This document shows, piece by piece, positions 1 through 10,299 of a stretch of 64,000 nucleotides of DNA (positions are counted from its first letter, which is position 1; every line of letters starts with the position of its first letter). Origin of the DNA: an uncultured Acidobacteriota bacterium (GTDB lineage Bacteria > Acidobacteriota > UBA6911). The stretch covers positions 1-64,000 of the forward strand of contig CAWJKZ010000014.1 of NCBI GenBank assembly GCA_963843575.1, in the 5' to 3' direction. The notes below the pieces were generated by a model, which ran no database searches, was not told the DNA's origin, and was given only the letters and a program-made list of their open reading frames with translations. The position numbers were made by a program, and so were the translations under genes.

Positions 1-1
1 C

Positions 2-618
2 AAAAACGTCAAGACTGGCAACATGGTACAGCTGTGGATACTGGCAAAGGATAAGAGCCCGATCGGCGCCGCGCGCGACGGATCCGACGTCGTCGTGTGC
101 GGGGACTGCAAACACCGACCGGAAAACAACGGCACATGCTACGTTACCCTTTTTCAAGGGCCGCTTGGCGTGTGGAAAGCTTACGGCCGCGGCCGATACC
201 CTTTCCTCGAGCCGCGCGACTATGCTGCGGTGTTTTCCGGCCGGCGTATTAGATTCGGCGCATATGGCGATCCGGCGTTTGTTCCCTATCGGATTCTAGA
301 AAAGCTTTCGGCCGCGGCCGACGGATTCACGGGGTACACCCACCAATGGCGCCGATGTTCTCCGAAGTATCGACAGCTGATTATGGCAAGTCGGTCGACA
401 GCCTTGCCGAATACTTCGAAGCAAAAGCAAAAGGTTACCGCACGTTTAGAGTATCGGCGACGGGCGCCGATAACATCGCGGGCGCCGAAATATCTTGTCC
501 GGCCGGCGCCGGAAAAACGACGTGCGTTAAATGTTTGCTGTGTTCCGGCGTTACCAGGAAAGCAAAAGACATAACGATTAGAGTGCACGGGGCCCGTGCT
601 GCAAAATTTGCGGCATAA
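2..618 (+). CDS. Cys-rich phage protein, gp88/DUF7227-like (degenerate radical-SAM-like Fe-S protein); 5'-truncated, frameshift near 390
   Basis: Frame reads KNVKTGNMVQLWIL...CGDCKHR...TCYV...RFGAYGDP...GYTHQW...MAS, then continues in the 346..618 frame as VDSLAE...SCPA...TTCVKCLLC...VHG. Confidence 0.7.
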
Positions 619-1533
619 CAAGCGCTCGAGTACCACGGTTTAGAGCTATTTTCCGACGGGCGCCGATGTCCGGCGCCGGCCGTCGGTTCAGTGCTATCGC
701 GTCCGTGTTATTGGCCGCGTCCGGCGTCCGTCGTTCGGCGTCGGTCGTGATCGGTCCGGCCGTCGGTCCGTGTATTCCGGCCGGCCGACGTGCGGCCGAT
801 CGGCGCCGGCGCTTGTCTGTCGTGTTAGGTGTCGCGCGGCCGTCGTGTGCGCGGCCGCGGCGCCGATGTTCGGCCGGACGTGTGTTTGCCTGTCCGGCCG
901 GCGCCGGCCGCTTGACGACCGTTTAAAACACGTTACGGGCCCGAAGAAAAACGGGCTCGAGGGAATCAAACATGTGCACTATTCGGGCGCCGGCGCGCGC
1001 GTCGCCGATGAAAACCGCGGAAAAACCGCGCGCGACAATTGTACTTTGTTTAGCGTATAACGGCCGACGTGCGTTTTTGCCTGTCGTTTGTGCGCCGGAC
1101 TTCGGCGCCGCATGCCGCGCGCGGCGCTTGTGCGGGCTCGAGACGCGTTATTTTCGGGCGCCCCTTGCAACATACGGGCGCCGAAAAAAGCGCTTTTGCG
1201 GCCGCAAAACGTGTCAATAGCTTTGTGAAAATATTTTCGGCCGGCCGCGGAAACTAGGTTACAGGATTTCGGATAATGATAATGGATTTCAGCAGAAAAT
1301 ATGGTCCAAAAACCGAGTTGCCAGAGTCGTTTACGGTGGATGAGGTGATCACCGGAATGACCCCGTTTTCCAAAAGGTGCGTGTGTCGCCCTGAAACAGG
1401 ATTTTCAAAACCTGGCGCCAATTTCATTTGGAAAATGTCCTGCCCTCAATGGATTTCCCAGTGCGCAATTTTCCGCTCAAATAATTTCTGTCGGAAAAGT
1501 TTTTTCCGCCGGCCAGCGCGCAGAGAATTTTTC

Positions 1534-1700
1534 TCACTCGATCGTAACGGTGGTCTTGGCTCCAGGCATGAGCCACTCGATCAGTTTCAGCAGTCGGGTG
1601 GCAAGCGAGAGCCGCGCGCGCAGTTCGCGCAAGCCGGTCAACTGAGGATCATCTCAACCTTCGGCATGCAATCCATCACGTTCACATTTAAACGGGCCAT
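1534..1700 (-). CDS. Small hypothetical phage protein (~55 aa, one frameshift)
   Basis: ATG directly follows the HNH stop (TAAATG). It reads MARLNVNVMDCMPKVEMIL, then after a 1-nt shift LTGLRELRARLSLATRLLKLIEWLMPGAKTTVTIE*. Confidence 0.45.
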
Positions 1701-2075
1701 TTATCCCATTCTGCGGATCCGGTTTCCGAAGCCGCCGTCCAGACTGTTCGTCTTGCGGTTATGGCATCGCCGGCACAACCCCTGCCAATTGCTTCGATTC
1801 CAGAACAGCGTCGGATTGCCCCGGTGCGGCATGATGTGGTCCACGACCGTCGACGGCGCCGGGCATTCGGCGCATGTCGGGTGGGACCGCAGGAAGTCCT
1901 CCCGGGCCCGCTGCCACTTCGAGTCGTAACCACGCTCCGCCGCAGTCGGCCTGCTCACCTTGGATCGAAAGGGGGGACGCGCGGTGTCATGTTTCGGGCA
2001 GCGGGTCCGGTTTTCGAGCAGCTCCCTGCATCCGGGATAGCTACATGGCTTCTTCGGCCCGTGACTCGAGGTCAT
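1701..2075 (-). CDS. Phage terminase-associated-type HNH endonuclease
   Basis: KPCSYPGC...CPKH N-terminus, RGYDSKWQRAR, CAEC...VVDHIMPHRG...FWNRSNWQGLCRRCHNRKT; typical of gp74-like cos-phage HNH proteins. Confidence 0.9.
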   Translation of the reverse strand: MTSSHGPKKPCSYPGCRELLENRTRCPKHDTARPPFRSKVSRPTAAERGYDSKWQRAREDFLRSHPTCAECPAPSTVVDHIMPHRGNPTLFWNRSNWQGLCRRCHNRKTNSLDGGFGNRIRRMG

Positions 2076-2427
2076 CCGAACAATACCTCCGGGCGGCCCG
2101 GGCCGTCCCGACCTTCGGGAAGACTACGTTGCAGCCAGGCGGGAACATTGCTGCGTCACGGCCGTTCTCATAGACGGCTCGTGCGCCGTTCCAGTACAGG
2201 ATGCCGCTGCGGTTTTTAATGAACTCCCGCTGCTCGTCGGCCTGCTCCTCGGCGATGATGTGACTGGTCGTCATGTGAATAAACCGGAGCCGCTCCTGGT
2301 CGGTGATCCGGATTGTTCCATCGGGAAGCCAGACGGCTTTCCCCCGGTTGACAAGGCTGACGGCCTTTGCTTTCGACATGCGCTTACTACCCCAAGCGCG
2401 TGGATTGGCGATGGCCACTCTGCTCAT
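2041..2427 (-). CDS. Hypothetical phage protein
   Basis: ORF MSRVAIANP... overlapping the HNH start, co-oriented with the module. Confidence 0.6.
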   Translation of the reverse strand: MSRVAIANPRAWGSKRMSKAKAVSLVNRGKAVWLPDGTIRITDQERLRFIHMTTSHIIAEEQADEQREFIKNRSGILYWNGARAVYENGRDAAMFPPGCNVVFPKVGTARAARRYCSDDLESRAEEAM

Positions 2428-2609
2428 AGTTTTTTTTGGAGACGGGTCTAGCTTCACGACCCAGGAGGGAACAGACTTTTGGCCCCGGAGTCTTGCAACC
2501 GGTGCTGCCTGCTTTTGCGCGAGCATGCAGCCTGCAAAATCAGATTTTCGCTGGAAGAGTTACGACGTCAAGCGGAATAGGGTGTTGCGGGAAAAATACC
2601 GTCTCAATC

Positions 2610-2810
2610 TTAATCAATCTTACGCAGAGTTACTAATCCACTGGCAAAAACGCGCTCGATTTCCTCCTGAGGAATCCTGATCCTCTCGCGCCAGTGGACG
2701 TGCGCTATGAAGCCCAACTCAACCCAACGGTAGACGGTGGCGCGCGAAACGCCTAGAGCCGAGGCTGCCTCCGATGTGGTAAGTGGTCGCTTCTCTGCGA
2801 TTGCCATCAT
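2610..2810 (-). CDS. Excisionase-like helix-turn-helix protein (HTH_17)
   Basis: LTTSEAASALGVSRATVYRWVELG...RIRIPQEEIER. Confidence 0.85.
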   Translation of the reverse strand: MMAIAEKRPLTTSEAASALGVSRATVYRWVELGFIAHVHWRERIRIPQEEIERVFASGLVTLRKID

Positions 2811-2827
2811 TCGACGTGCTCCAGGCC

Positions 2828-3144
2828 TTATGATTTGAACAGCCCGTCCAGTTTCAGCCGCACCTCCGGTGGACACGGAACGCGTTCCCCGGATTCGGTT
2901 CCACGGCGCCGCTCGTTTTCGGCCTCGATCTCCGCCTCACGGTAGAGCTCGCGGCGAATGAGTCGAGCTCGCAAATCCTGGGCAGGTACTGAAATCGCAG
3001 CACCGCCCGCATCCGCAGTTGCAGCCACTGCTCACCCGTGAGATCCCAGCGCTCCAGGATCTCGAGATAGGCATTGATCGTCGCCGGCCTGGGTTCAGAG
3101 CCGTACGCCGCCGCCAGTTGTTGCAGCCAGCCTTCCAGGTCCAT
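2828..3144 (-). CDS. Phage protein downstream of the replication initiator, possibly helicase-loader-associated; frameshift near 2960
   Basis: MDLEGWLQQLAAAYG...AYLEILE...FQYLPRICEL pattern and position directly after the initiator; C-terminus continues in the 2828..3028 frame. Confidence 0.5.
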
Positions 3145-4017
3145 GTTGCTTCTCCTCGCGTTCTTTGCGGGCAAGATCGAAATTGTTCATTTGCACTGGT
3201 TTTCCGCCGTTGCGACGTGCCTCCGCCGCATACTTGACGGCCCTGCGCATCCAGCCTTTCCATGCAGCATCCCAGTTGACGAAACTATTGCCATGAGCCC
3301 GGTGATGATCAAGAAAACCCTTCGGTCTCCTCGGTGAGATCGAGATTAGGGCATTTCTTACTCGCCCAGTCTTTCAGATCTGCCGTGATTTCAAAATCAT
3401 CGGAGGCCCCGGTTTTCTGGGAGACGCGGCGCTTTTTCGCCGCGTGTGCCGGCTGCGGACAGCAGCCTCCCAGAAGCCGTATGCCGTAAGCCGTAAGTAG
3501 AAGTAGAAGCCGACGGGCTAGCACCAGGCTTTTCGGTAAGGTGTCCCATCTCAGATGTTTGCGTCTGTTTTACGGACCCCGTGTCCGACCGCAGATCTGA
3601 GTTCTGTTGATCCTTTACCGGGCCGGTAGCGGGCAAGGCATTACCTTGCACCGGGCTAGCACCGGGCTTTTTTGTATCTTTTGGTGGATCAGGTAATTGC
3701 GAAGCTTGTTCGCGCGTATGGCAGTGTTGATGCTTGGAAAACGATCGGATCCACAGAAGCCGCCTTCCGGCGACCTCATACCGGATCACAAATCCACCAT
3801 GTTCCAGTTGGTCGATCAAACCGACGATCTCCTTTATCCCGATATCGTCGTCGTAAGGGAAGACCTGGGCCTTGATCTTTCCGGGCCGATCCTCAAGCCT
3901 TCCTTCCCTGTCTGCGATCATCCAGAGGCCCGGAAAGAGAAGTCTCGCATCGCGCGAACAGTGCTCCGCCAATTCGTCGTCGAGGTAGAACTCGGGTTTT
4001 ATCTGCCGAATCCGCAT
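3095..4017 (-). CDS. Phage replication initiator (replisome-organizer-type N-terminus, DnaT-like C-terminus); frameshifted
   Basis: MRIRQIKPEFYLDDELAE..SRDARLLFPGLWMIADREGRLEDRP.KIKAQVFPYDD at the N-terminus, a low-complexity linker, and C-terminal FLDHHRAHGNSFVNWDAAWKGWMRR. Confidence 0.8.
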
Positions 4018-4021
4018 GAGG

Positions 4022-5395
4022 TCATCTCGTATAAAGGTCCGGCTGCTTGCGGACCTGCCACAAGTTGGCGAACTTCGTGTATGCTTTATGAATGCCAGCT
4101 GAAAACTCCCGTCGACCCGTCGCGCTGCTTGCCGATCGGGATCTCGGCGATCGCGGAATCTTCGTCCGTTGGGTTGCTCGGACCTCCTCTCGCGAGACAA
4201 ACAGCACCAGGTCTGCATCCTGCTCGATTGCTCCTGATCCCGGAGGTCCGACAGCTGCGGCCGGCGGGACTTCCGGGGCGCGTTCTCGATCTCCCGGTTG
4301 AGCTGCGAGACGGCGATCACCGGGATGTCGAGTTCCTTGGCCAGCATCTTCAGCCCGCGGCTGATCTCCGTGACTTCCTGGGTACGGTTCTCGTAGCGCC
4401 GGCCGGACCCGACCAGGAGCTGCAGGTAGTCGACGATGACCAGGTCGAGCCCGTGCTCGAGCGCCATGCGCTGGGCCTTGGCGCGGATCTGCAGCACGGT
4501 CATGTTCGGGGAGTCGTCGATCGAGAGACCCGACTGGCTGATGTTGCTGGCTGCCCTGACCGATCCGGGCCCAGTCCTCGCGGTTGAGGAAGCCGGTCCG
4601 GATCTTGTGCGCGTCGACCTCGGCCTCGGAGGCGACCAGGCGCTTGAGCAGGACGTTCTTGCTCATCTCGAGGGAGAATACGGCGACCTTTTTGTGCTTC
4701 CGTATCGAGGCGTGCGCAGCGATATTCATGCAGAGCGACGTCTTGCCCAGGCCGGGCCGCGCGGCGACAATACGAGGCTCTGCGGCTCCAGCCCGCCCGT
4801 CATCATGTCGAGGTCTGGGAAACCCGTTTCGAGGCCCGTGACGAGGGTCTTGCGGTTCGCGATCTCCTCGATTTCCTTGTAGACGCCGCGAGATCAGAGC
4901 CCGAGCGCCCGCGCCAGGCCTCCGTGCACCTCGCGCGCCGCGATCCGGAATACCCCCGCTTCGTGCTCCTCGAGGATCGCGCCCGGGAGGTCCTCGGCCT
5001 GGTAGCAGCGCGTCATGGTCTCATTGGACAGGCTGATCAGGAGACGGAGCGTGGCCTTTTCCTTGACGGTGCGCGCGTAGTGCTGGACGTTGAGCGCCCG
5101 GGGCAGGCCGTCGGTAAGGGACAGCAAATACACGGGCCCTCCGGCCTTCTCAAGTTCGCCGTGCCGGCGCAGCTCCTCCATTACAGTCATGGGGAGTCCA
5201 CGCCACGGCCTTCTATCTGCAGGTCCACCATGCGTCGGAAGATCACGCGGTGCGCCTCGAGGTAGAAGTCGACGTCCTGGATCTCTCGCCGCCGGGAAGA
5301 GAGCTTGTCGAGTCGAGCAGGATCGCGCCCAGGACGGCGCGCTCGGACTCGAGCGAGCAGGGAAGGGAGCGTTCGAGGCTGAGATCGGTGGTCAT
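4022..5395 (-). CDS. dnaB: Replicative DNA helicase, phage-encoded; multiple frameshifts
   Basis: LPCSLESERAVLGAILLD, AARPGLGKTS (Walker A), VFSLEMS, IVDYLQL, NRTQEVTEISRGLKMLAKELDIPVIAVSQLNR, SGAIEQDAD across several frames. Confidence 0.92.
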
Positions 5396-5955
5396 GCAGG
5401 GTCCTCTCTTCGCATCTCTTCTATGCAATGCTCGCCAAATTCAAAATCACGCATGCTCATGCGGGTTTCCTGGGCATAGGCCCACCGCATAGCATAGGCC
5501 GATGAATAGAAGCTCCATGCGGCCATCTCGTCGAGCGGAACAATCTTCCGTTCTGTCGGATTGCCATCAAGCCAGGAGCAAAGCTGCACGAGATAACGCT
5601 CGCCGGGCAGTTCAGAAAGGACACATCCTTGCCAGTGGATTTTGCCTTCGACGCGCGAGTGGAAGAACTGTCCAAGAAGCTCTTTGGGCAGTTCTGGTCT
5701 ATGCCCAGGTCTCCATCTTTTTGCGGCCTTCTCTTTTCCATTTCCGTTCGGCCCAGGATGCGGACCCTTGCCGTGGTTACAGTCCGCACAGGCGGTTTTG
5801 AGGTTTGACGGGTCGTTTGAGCCCCCATTGCAGAGCGGAATCATATGGTCGACATGAAGGACTGCCCCGTCGTCGGAAGATTTCCCGCAGTATTTGCACA
5901 TAAAGCCGTCACTCCTAAGGATTTGGAATCTGAGAGACTTCGGTATGTCGCTCAT
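5392..5955 (-). CDS. HNH endonuclease domain protein with C-terminal extension
   Basis: LRFQILRSDGFMCKYCG...LHVDHMIP..NGGSNDPSNLKTACADCNHGK. Confidence 0.88.
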   Translation of the reverse strand: MSDIPKSLRFQILRSDGFMCKYCGKSSDDGAVLHVDHMIPLCNGGSNDPSNLKTACADCNHGKGPHPGPNGNGKEKAAKRWRPGHRPELPKELLGQFFHSRVEGKIHWQGCVLSELPGERYLVQLCSWLDGNPTERKIVPLDEMAAWSFYSSAYAMRWAYAQETRMSMRDFEFGEHCIEEMRREDPA

Positions 5956-6137
5956 AACCGCCCCTTCATCCGGTTGACGTGATCCTTGGCGCGCAGCAGT
6001 TCATCGACGAGCGCCTGGTCGTGCAGGTCGTCGGCCTCGCGGATCCGCTCGGTCAGCAGCCGGCCGCGTTCGTCGAGGTCGTCCCAGGTGAGAGCTTCGA
6101 GGTCCTCCGGAATGCGGGTCTCGGTGGCGACGTCCAT
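5952..6137 (-). CDS. Small hypothetical phage protein
   Basis: GGAGGG RBS before MDVATETRIPE; stop overlaps the next start (ATGA). Confidence 0.65.
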   Translation of the reverse strand: MDVATETRIPEDLEALTWDDLDERGRLLTERIREADDLHDQALVDELLRAKDHVNRMKGRL

Positions 6138-6183
6138 GCTGCCCTCCGTCAACAAGGTTGACCCCCGGCAAGCGTTGCCGAAG

Positions 6184-6204
6184 GTGCTAAAGCTAGTGCT
6201 AAAG
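6184..6204. repeat. Direct repeat GTGCTAAAG x2, candidate integrase arm-binding sites
   Basis: 9-bp copies at 6184-6192 and 6196-6204, ~110 bp inside the att core. Confidence 0.45.
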
Positions 6205-6313
6205 TCCAGGTTACGGAAGGCTGGCAATTCGTGTCTTTTGCTGTCTAACGACGAATCGCTGTAAGTGTTGAGGATTCTTGTAACTGCAGGAAAAATGCGG
6301 TTCTTGCTGCGGC

Positions 6314-6359
6314 CCTGTCACGCCGGAGGTCGCGAGTTCGAGTCTCGTCGGCCCCGCCA
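6314..6359 (+). other. attR core: 3' half of tRNA-Asp(GTC)
   Basis: CCTGTCACGCCGGAGGTCGCGAGTTCGAGTCTCGTCGGCCCCGCCA has the GTC anticodon loop, T-arm and CCA end; no D-arm or 5' acceptor strand upstream. Confidence 0.9.
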
Positions 6360-6419
6360 CCTACCCAAACGATTCCATCACTTAGTACTCGTGTTCAGAA
6401 ATACGCTAACGTTTCAAGG

Positions 6420-6511
6420 ACGCAGATTTGCGCGGATACACGCGGATTTCTACCTGGTGGCAGGCCGCGGCCGATCCGCTTGAATCCGTAAAATCCGCGA
6501 AGATCCGCGTT
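6420..6511. repeat. Inverted array of short CGCGGAT/ATCCGCG units
   Basis: ACGCAGAT-GCGCGGAT-ACGCGGAT followed by ATCCGCT-ATCCGTA-ATCCGCG-ATCCGCG; related units near 8717-8800 and 47671-47690. Confidence 0.6.
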
Positions 6512-6850
6512 CTGCTGCAATCGGTGACCAGCTCCATCCAGAGAATACGTTAGCAACTTGCGAAATCGGGTACTTAGCTGTGCCAGCGAACTGGCCCCAG
6601 TGCCTCTTATGCCCTTTTGCCGCCTGGGGACAGGGGAGCAGCCCAAGTCGGGCTTGCGTGGAGTTAAGATTCGCGCTCCCGGGCAATCGGTAAACTCGGT
6701 CTTCGGGTGCCGAGGGAGGGCGGTCGACCATCATTTTTATTGCCTTTCCCAGCCTGATGCTATATTGAGGAACGCGATTCTCATCTCGGCATCTATCAGG
6801 ACGCAGCCGTCGACGCGGCCGGAGGACGGCGCGGCAATCGGAGGACGTGC

Positions 6851-8637
6851 ATGCAACTGACCCTGATCGACTGGCTGGCCATCGCCGCCTACTTCGCGCT
6901 CAACATCCTCATCGGACTTTACTACCGGAAACGGGCGACCGGTTCCACGGAAGATTATTTCGTCAGCGGACGCAACGTCAGCTGGTGGCTGGCGGGCACG
7001 TCCATGGTGGCGACGACTTTCGCCGCCGACACCCCGCTGGCCGTGACCGGCATGGTCGCCGCTACGGCATCGCCGGAAACTGGCTGTGGTGGAGCATGCT
7101 GATGAGCGGCATGCTCACCGTTTTCTTCTATGCCCGCCTCTGGCGCCGCGCCGGCGTTATCACCGATGTCGAGTTTGCGGAGATCCGATATGGCGGCAAG
7201 CCGGCGGCCTTCCTGCGCGGATTCCGCGCCCTGTACCTCGGGCTGCCGATCAACTGCATCATCATGGGTTGGGTCAATCTGGCGATGGTGAAGATCCTCA
7301 TGATGATCTTCGGTGTGACCAAGGTCCAGGCCCTGATGCTCGTGTTCGGCATCATGCTGGTGACCGCCATGATCTCGACGCTGTCGGGGCTCTGGGGCGT
7401 GCTGGTGATGGACATGTTCCAGTTCGTCCTGAAGATGGGGATGGTCATCGTGCTGGCCTACTACGCCGTCCAGGCGGTCGGCGGTATGGGAGCCCTGAAG
7501 GACAAGCTGCTGGCCCTCGACGCCGCCAAGGAGGCGACCAGCGGCGGCCAGGGATCGATCCTGTCCTTCCTCCCCGATCTCGGCTCCCCCTGGATGCCGA
7601 TGATCACCTTCTTCGTCTATATCGCCATCAACTGGTGGGCGACCTGGTACCCGGGTGCCGAGCCGGGCGGCGGCGGCTACATCGCGCAACGCATCTTCTG
7701 CGCCAAGGACGAGAAGAACTCGGTCCTGGCGACGCTGTGGTTCAACATCGCCCACTACGCGATCCGCCCCTGGCCCTGGATTCTGACGGCGCTCGCCTCG
7801 CTTGTGCTCTACCCGGACCTCCAGGACAAGGAGTCCGGCTTCATCAAGACGATGGTAGATCCGAACGTTTTCCCGATCGCGCTACGCGGCGTCATGATCG
7901 CGGCCTTTGCAGCGGCCTATATGTCGACCATCGGCACCTCCTTCAACTGGGGCGCCTCCTACCTGGTGAATGATTTCTACCGGAGATTCGTGGTGAAAGC
8001 GAAGACCGAGAAGCACTATGTGAGGATGTCGCAGGTCGCGACCGTGTTCGTCATGCTGATCTCGTGCGTCGTCACCTACTACCAGGACTCGATTGCCAAC
8101 GCCTGGAAATTCATGATCGCGCTCGGGGCCGGGACGGGCAGCGTCTTCATCCTGCGCTGGTTCTGGTGGCGCATCAATGCCTGGAGCGAGGTCTCCGCGA
8201 TGGCGGCGTCGTTCGTCGTCTCGATCACGCTGCAGTTTTACTTCAAGATGAGCAACGACAACCCGAGGGATTTTGCCTGGATCGTCATTATCACGGTGAC
8301 CTGCTCGACGGTCGTCTGGCTGCTCGCGACCTTGCTGACGGCGCCGGAGAAGAAGGAGACGCTGCTTGCGTTCTATCGCCGGGTGCGGCCAAGTGCGGCG
8401 TTGTGGGGGCCGATAGCGCGCGAGGCTCGCGACGTGGTGCCGAGGCACGATGCGGCCTACAACTTCATGGACTGGGTGGCGGGCTGCATCATGGTCTACA
8501 TGACCCTCTTCGGGGTCGGGAAGATCATCTTCGGGCAGCTGCCGCTGGGTCTGGTGTTTCTGCTGATTGCCGTCGTTGCGGGCTGGGTCATCTACTGGGA
8601 CCTCAGCCGCCGCGGCTGGAAATCCGTCATGGAATAG
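6851..8637 (+). CDS. Sodium:solute symporter (SSS family); frameshift near 7060
   Basis: EDYFVSGRNVSWWLAGTSMVATTFAADTPL, EPGGGGYIAQR, AAYMSTI; many TM helices. Confidence 0.93.
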
Positions 8638-9020
8638 GCACATACCCCGGACGTCAAGCGGGAAGCCCGACCCTGCCGGCCGGCGCCCCATCCCAGTCGC
8701 TGCAACAAGACTTCGGACGCGGATGGGCTCGCATCCACGCTGATCAAAAACGACAAAGGCGTTGGTGACAGGCCGATGCGTGAACCCGTCAAATCCGCAT
8801 TATTTCCCATTCTCACAAAATGTAAGCACAATATGTAAGCACAATTGTGAAATCGCATACCAAGTAAGTGTCGCTCGCTCCCGGTATCCCCGCATGTTTC
8901 CGCTTTCGCACCGCCTGGCGCGTGGCCAGGCCGCAACAAAGCTAAGCTCGCACGCCGTTTTTTCCGATTATGTATCCCAGGGACCGAGCGGGGTTCGCGT
9001 GAGGGGGGCACGGGGATGCC

Positions 9021-10226
9021 ATGGTGTTAGGGGACCAATCCTTGAATCGGGATCCCGGACTGTCTTCCAACCAGCGAGCCCGCATCCTTCTGCTGTCGCT
9101 CCGAAACTTAAAGAAACACGTTTCCCGCGCGTTGGTCTATGAATTCGAGGACGTCATCCAAGACGTAGACGACGTCGATCTGCTTGCGCCGGTGTGTCGC
9201 GAGGACCGCGACTGTTTAGCGCAGCGCGTCATCGCGAGAGTCCGGGGCCGTTTGTGCTCCGCAATCGGGAACGGGCAGTTTCTCGTTCGACGGCCCGCGG
9301 CCATATCTGTACAGCGCGAATACGATCTCTTCGTTTTCCTCTGCAACCAGGTGGAAGATCTTGTGTTCCTGCGATCCCTGAGGGGTTGGCAGAGGATGTG
9401 TCGCAACGCCGTATGCGTGGTCCATGAGGTCTGGGACAAGGATGTCGACAGGTTGCTGATTCATGCCGACGTTCTCCGGCATTTCGACAGGATTTTCGTC
9501 GCCACACACCACGTCGTGGGTACGCTCTCCGAACGGCTGGGACAGCCCTGCGGCTGCCTGCCGGCCGGCGTCGACGCTTTGAGGTTTTGCCCTTATCCGG
9601 TTCCGCCCGACAGAAGCATCGACGTATACAACATGGGCCGTCGCTCCGCGGTGCTGCATTCGGAGCTCCTGAGGAGCGCGCGCGAGGGGCGCCTGCTTTA
9701 CCTCTACGACACGTCGAGCAATTTCAACGTCATAGACTACCGGGAGCACCGGGATCTCCTCGCGAGTATCGTCAAAAGGAGCAGGTATTTCATCGTAAAC
9801 CGGGCGGGATCCAACGGAGACGGCTTGGCGGGGGGCAAGGAGGTGTGCGGCGCACGTTATTGGGAAGGAGCTGCAGGCGGGGCAGTCCTCCTGGGCTATT
9901 TGCCGCAAGCCGATTACTATCGGCGGTGTTTTCACTGGCCGGGAGCGGTGCTGGAGGTCCCGGACGACGGGGAAGGGATCCGGGGGATCATCGAAGATCT
10001 CGACCGCCAGCCCGAGATGCTGGCGAGGATCCGGAACGAGAATGTGGTTCATTCTCTCCTGGAGCACGACTGGGGGTATCGCTGGAAGATGATCCTGCAG
10101 TCGGTCGGGATGACCGAACGCCCCGGCAACCTCCTTCGGGCAAGCCAGCTTTCCACGCTTGCCGGAATCGCAGAGGCGGAGCCGGCGCTTCAGAGGTTCA
10201 AGTCAAGCCAGTTACGCGCGGTCTAA
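9021..10226 (+). CDS. Glycosyltransferase, CgeB/Glyco_trans_1_2-like
   Basis: GVDALRFCP, IDVYNMGRR, RYWEGAAGGAVLLG, LLEHDWGYRW; GT-B C-terminal pattern. Confidence 0.8.
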   Translation: MVLGDQSLNRDPGLSSNQRARILLLSLRNLKKHVSRALVYEFEDVIQDVDDVDLLAPVCREDRDCLAQRVIARVRGRLCSAIGNGQFLVRRPAAISVQREYDLFVFLCNQVEDLVFLRSLRGWQRMCRNAVCVVHEVWDKDVDRLLIHADVLRHFDRIFVATHHVVGTLSERLGQPCGCLPAGVDALRFCPYPVPPDRSIDVYNMGRRSAVLHSELLRSAREGRLLYLYDTSSNFNVIDYREHRDLLASIVKRSRYFIVNRAGSNGDGLAGGKEVCGARYWEGAAGGAVLLGYLPQADYYRRCFHWPGAVLEVPDDGEGIRGIIEDLDRQPEMLARIRNENVVHSLLEHDWGYRWKMILQSVGMTERPGNLLRASQLSTLAGIAEAEPALQRFKSSQLRAV

Positions 10227-10299
10227 AAACACGCTCTACTCGAGAGGACGGGCTCGCAGTGGGCGTGCCCGGCCGGGTTGGGCATTCCGCGTCCTCTTA

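Larger units (their letters stand above)
1..6359. mobile_element. Right end of a prophage/phage-like element integrated at tRNA-Asp (continues beyond the left edge of the window)
   Basis: Phage-type genes (DnaB, replication initiator, HNH x2, excisionase-like HTH, gp88-like) end at a 3'-half tRNA-Asp copy at 6314-6359, and host-type genes start after it. Confidence 0.85.

Noticed and set aside
620-1260. Protein-coding ORFs or a CRISPR array in the palindrome-rich block
   Set aside because: ORFs are short Arg/Ala/Pro-rich products of GC-rich DNA, and there are no fixed-length repeats with unique spacers.
3397-4503. DnaB-replication initiator fusion protein
   Set aside because: The apparent fusion arises from frameshifts in the dnaB 3' end; the initiator has its own ATG at 4017 with a GAGG-like RBS, and DnaB has a natural stop at 4022.
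6280-6359. Complete tRNA-Asp gene
   Set aside because: Only the anticodon loop to CCA is present; upstream bases cannot form the D-arm, the acceptor 5' strand or a full anticodon stem. Treated as an att remnant.
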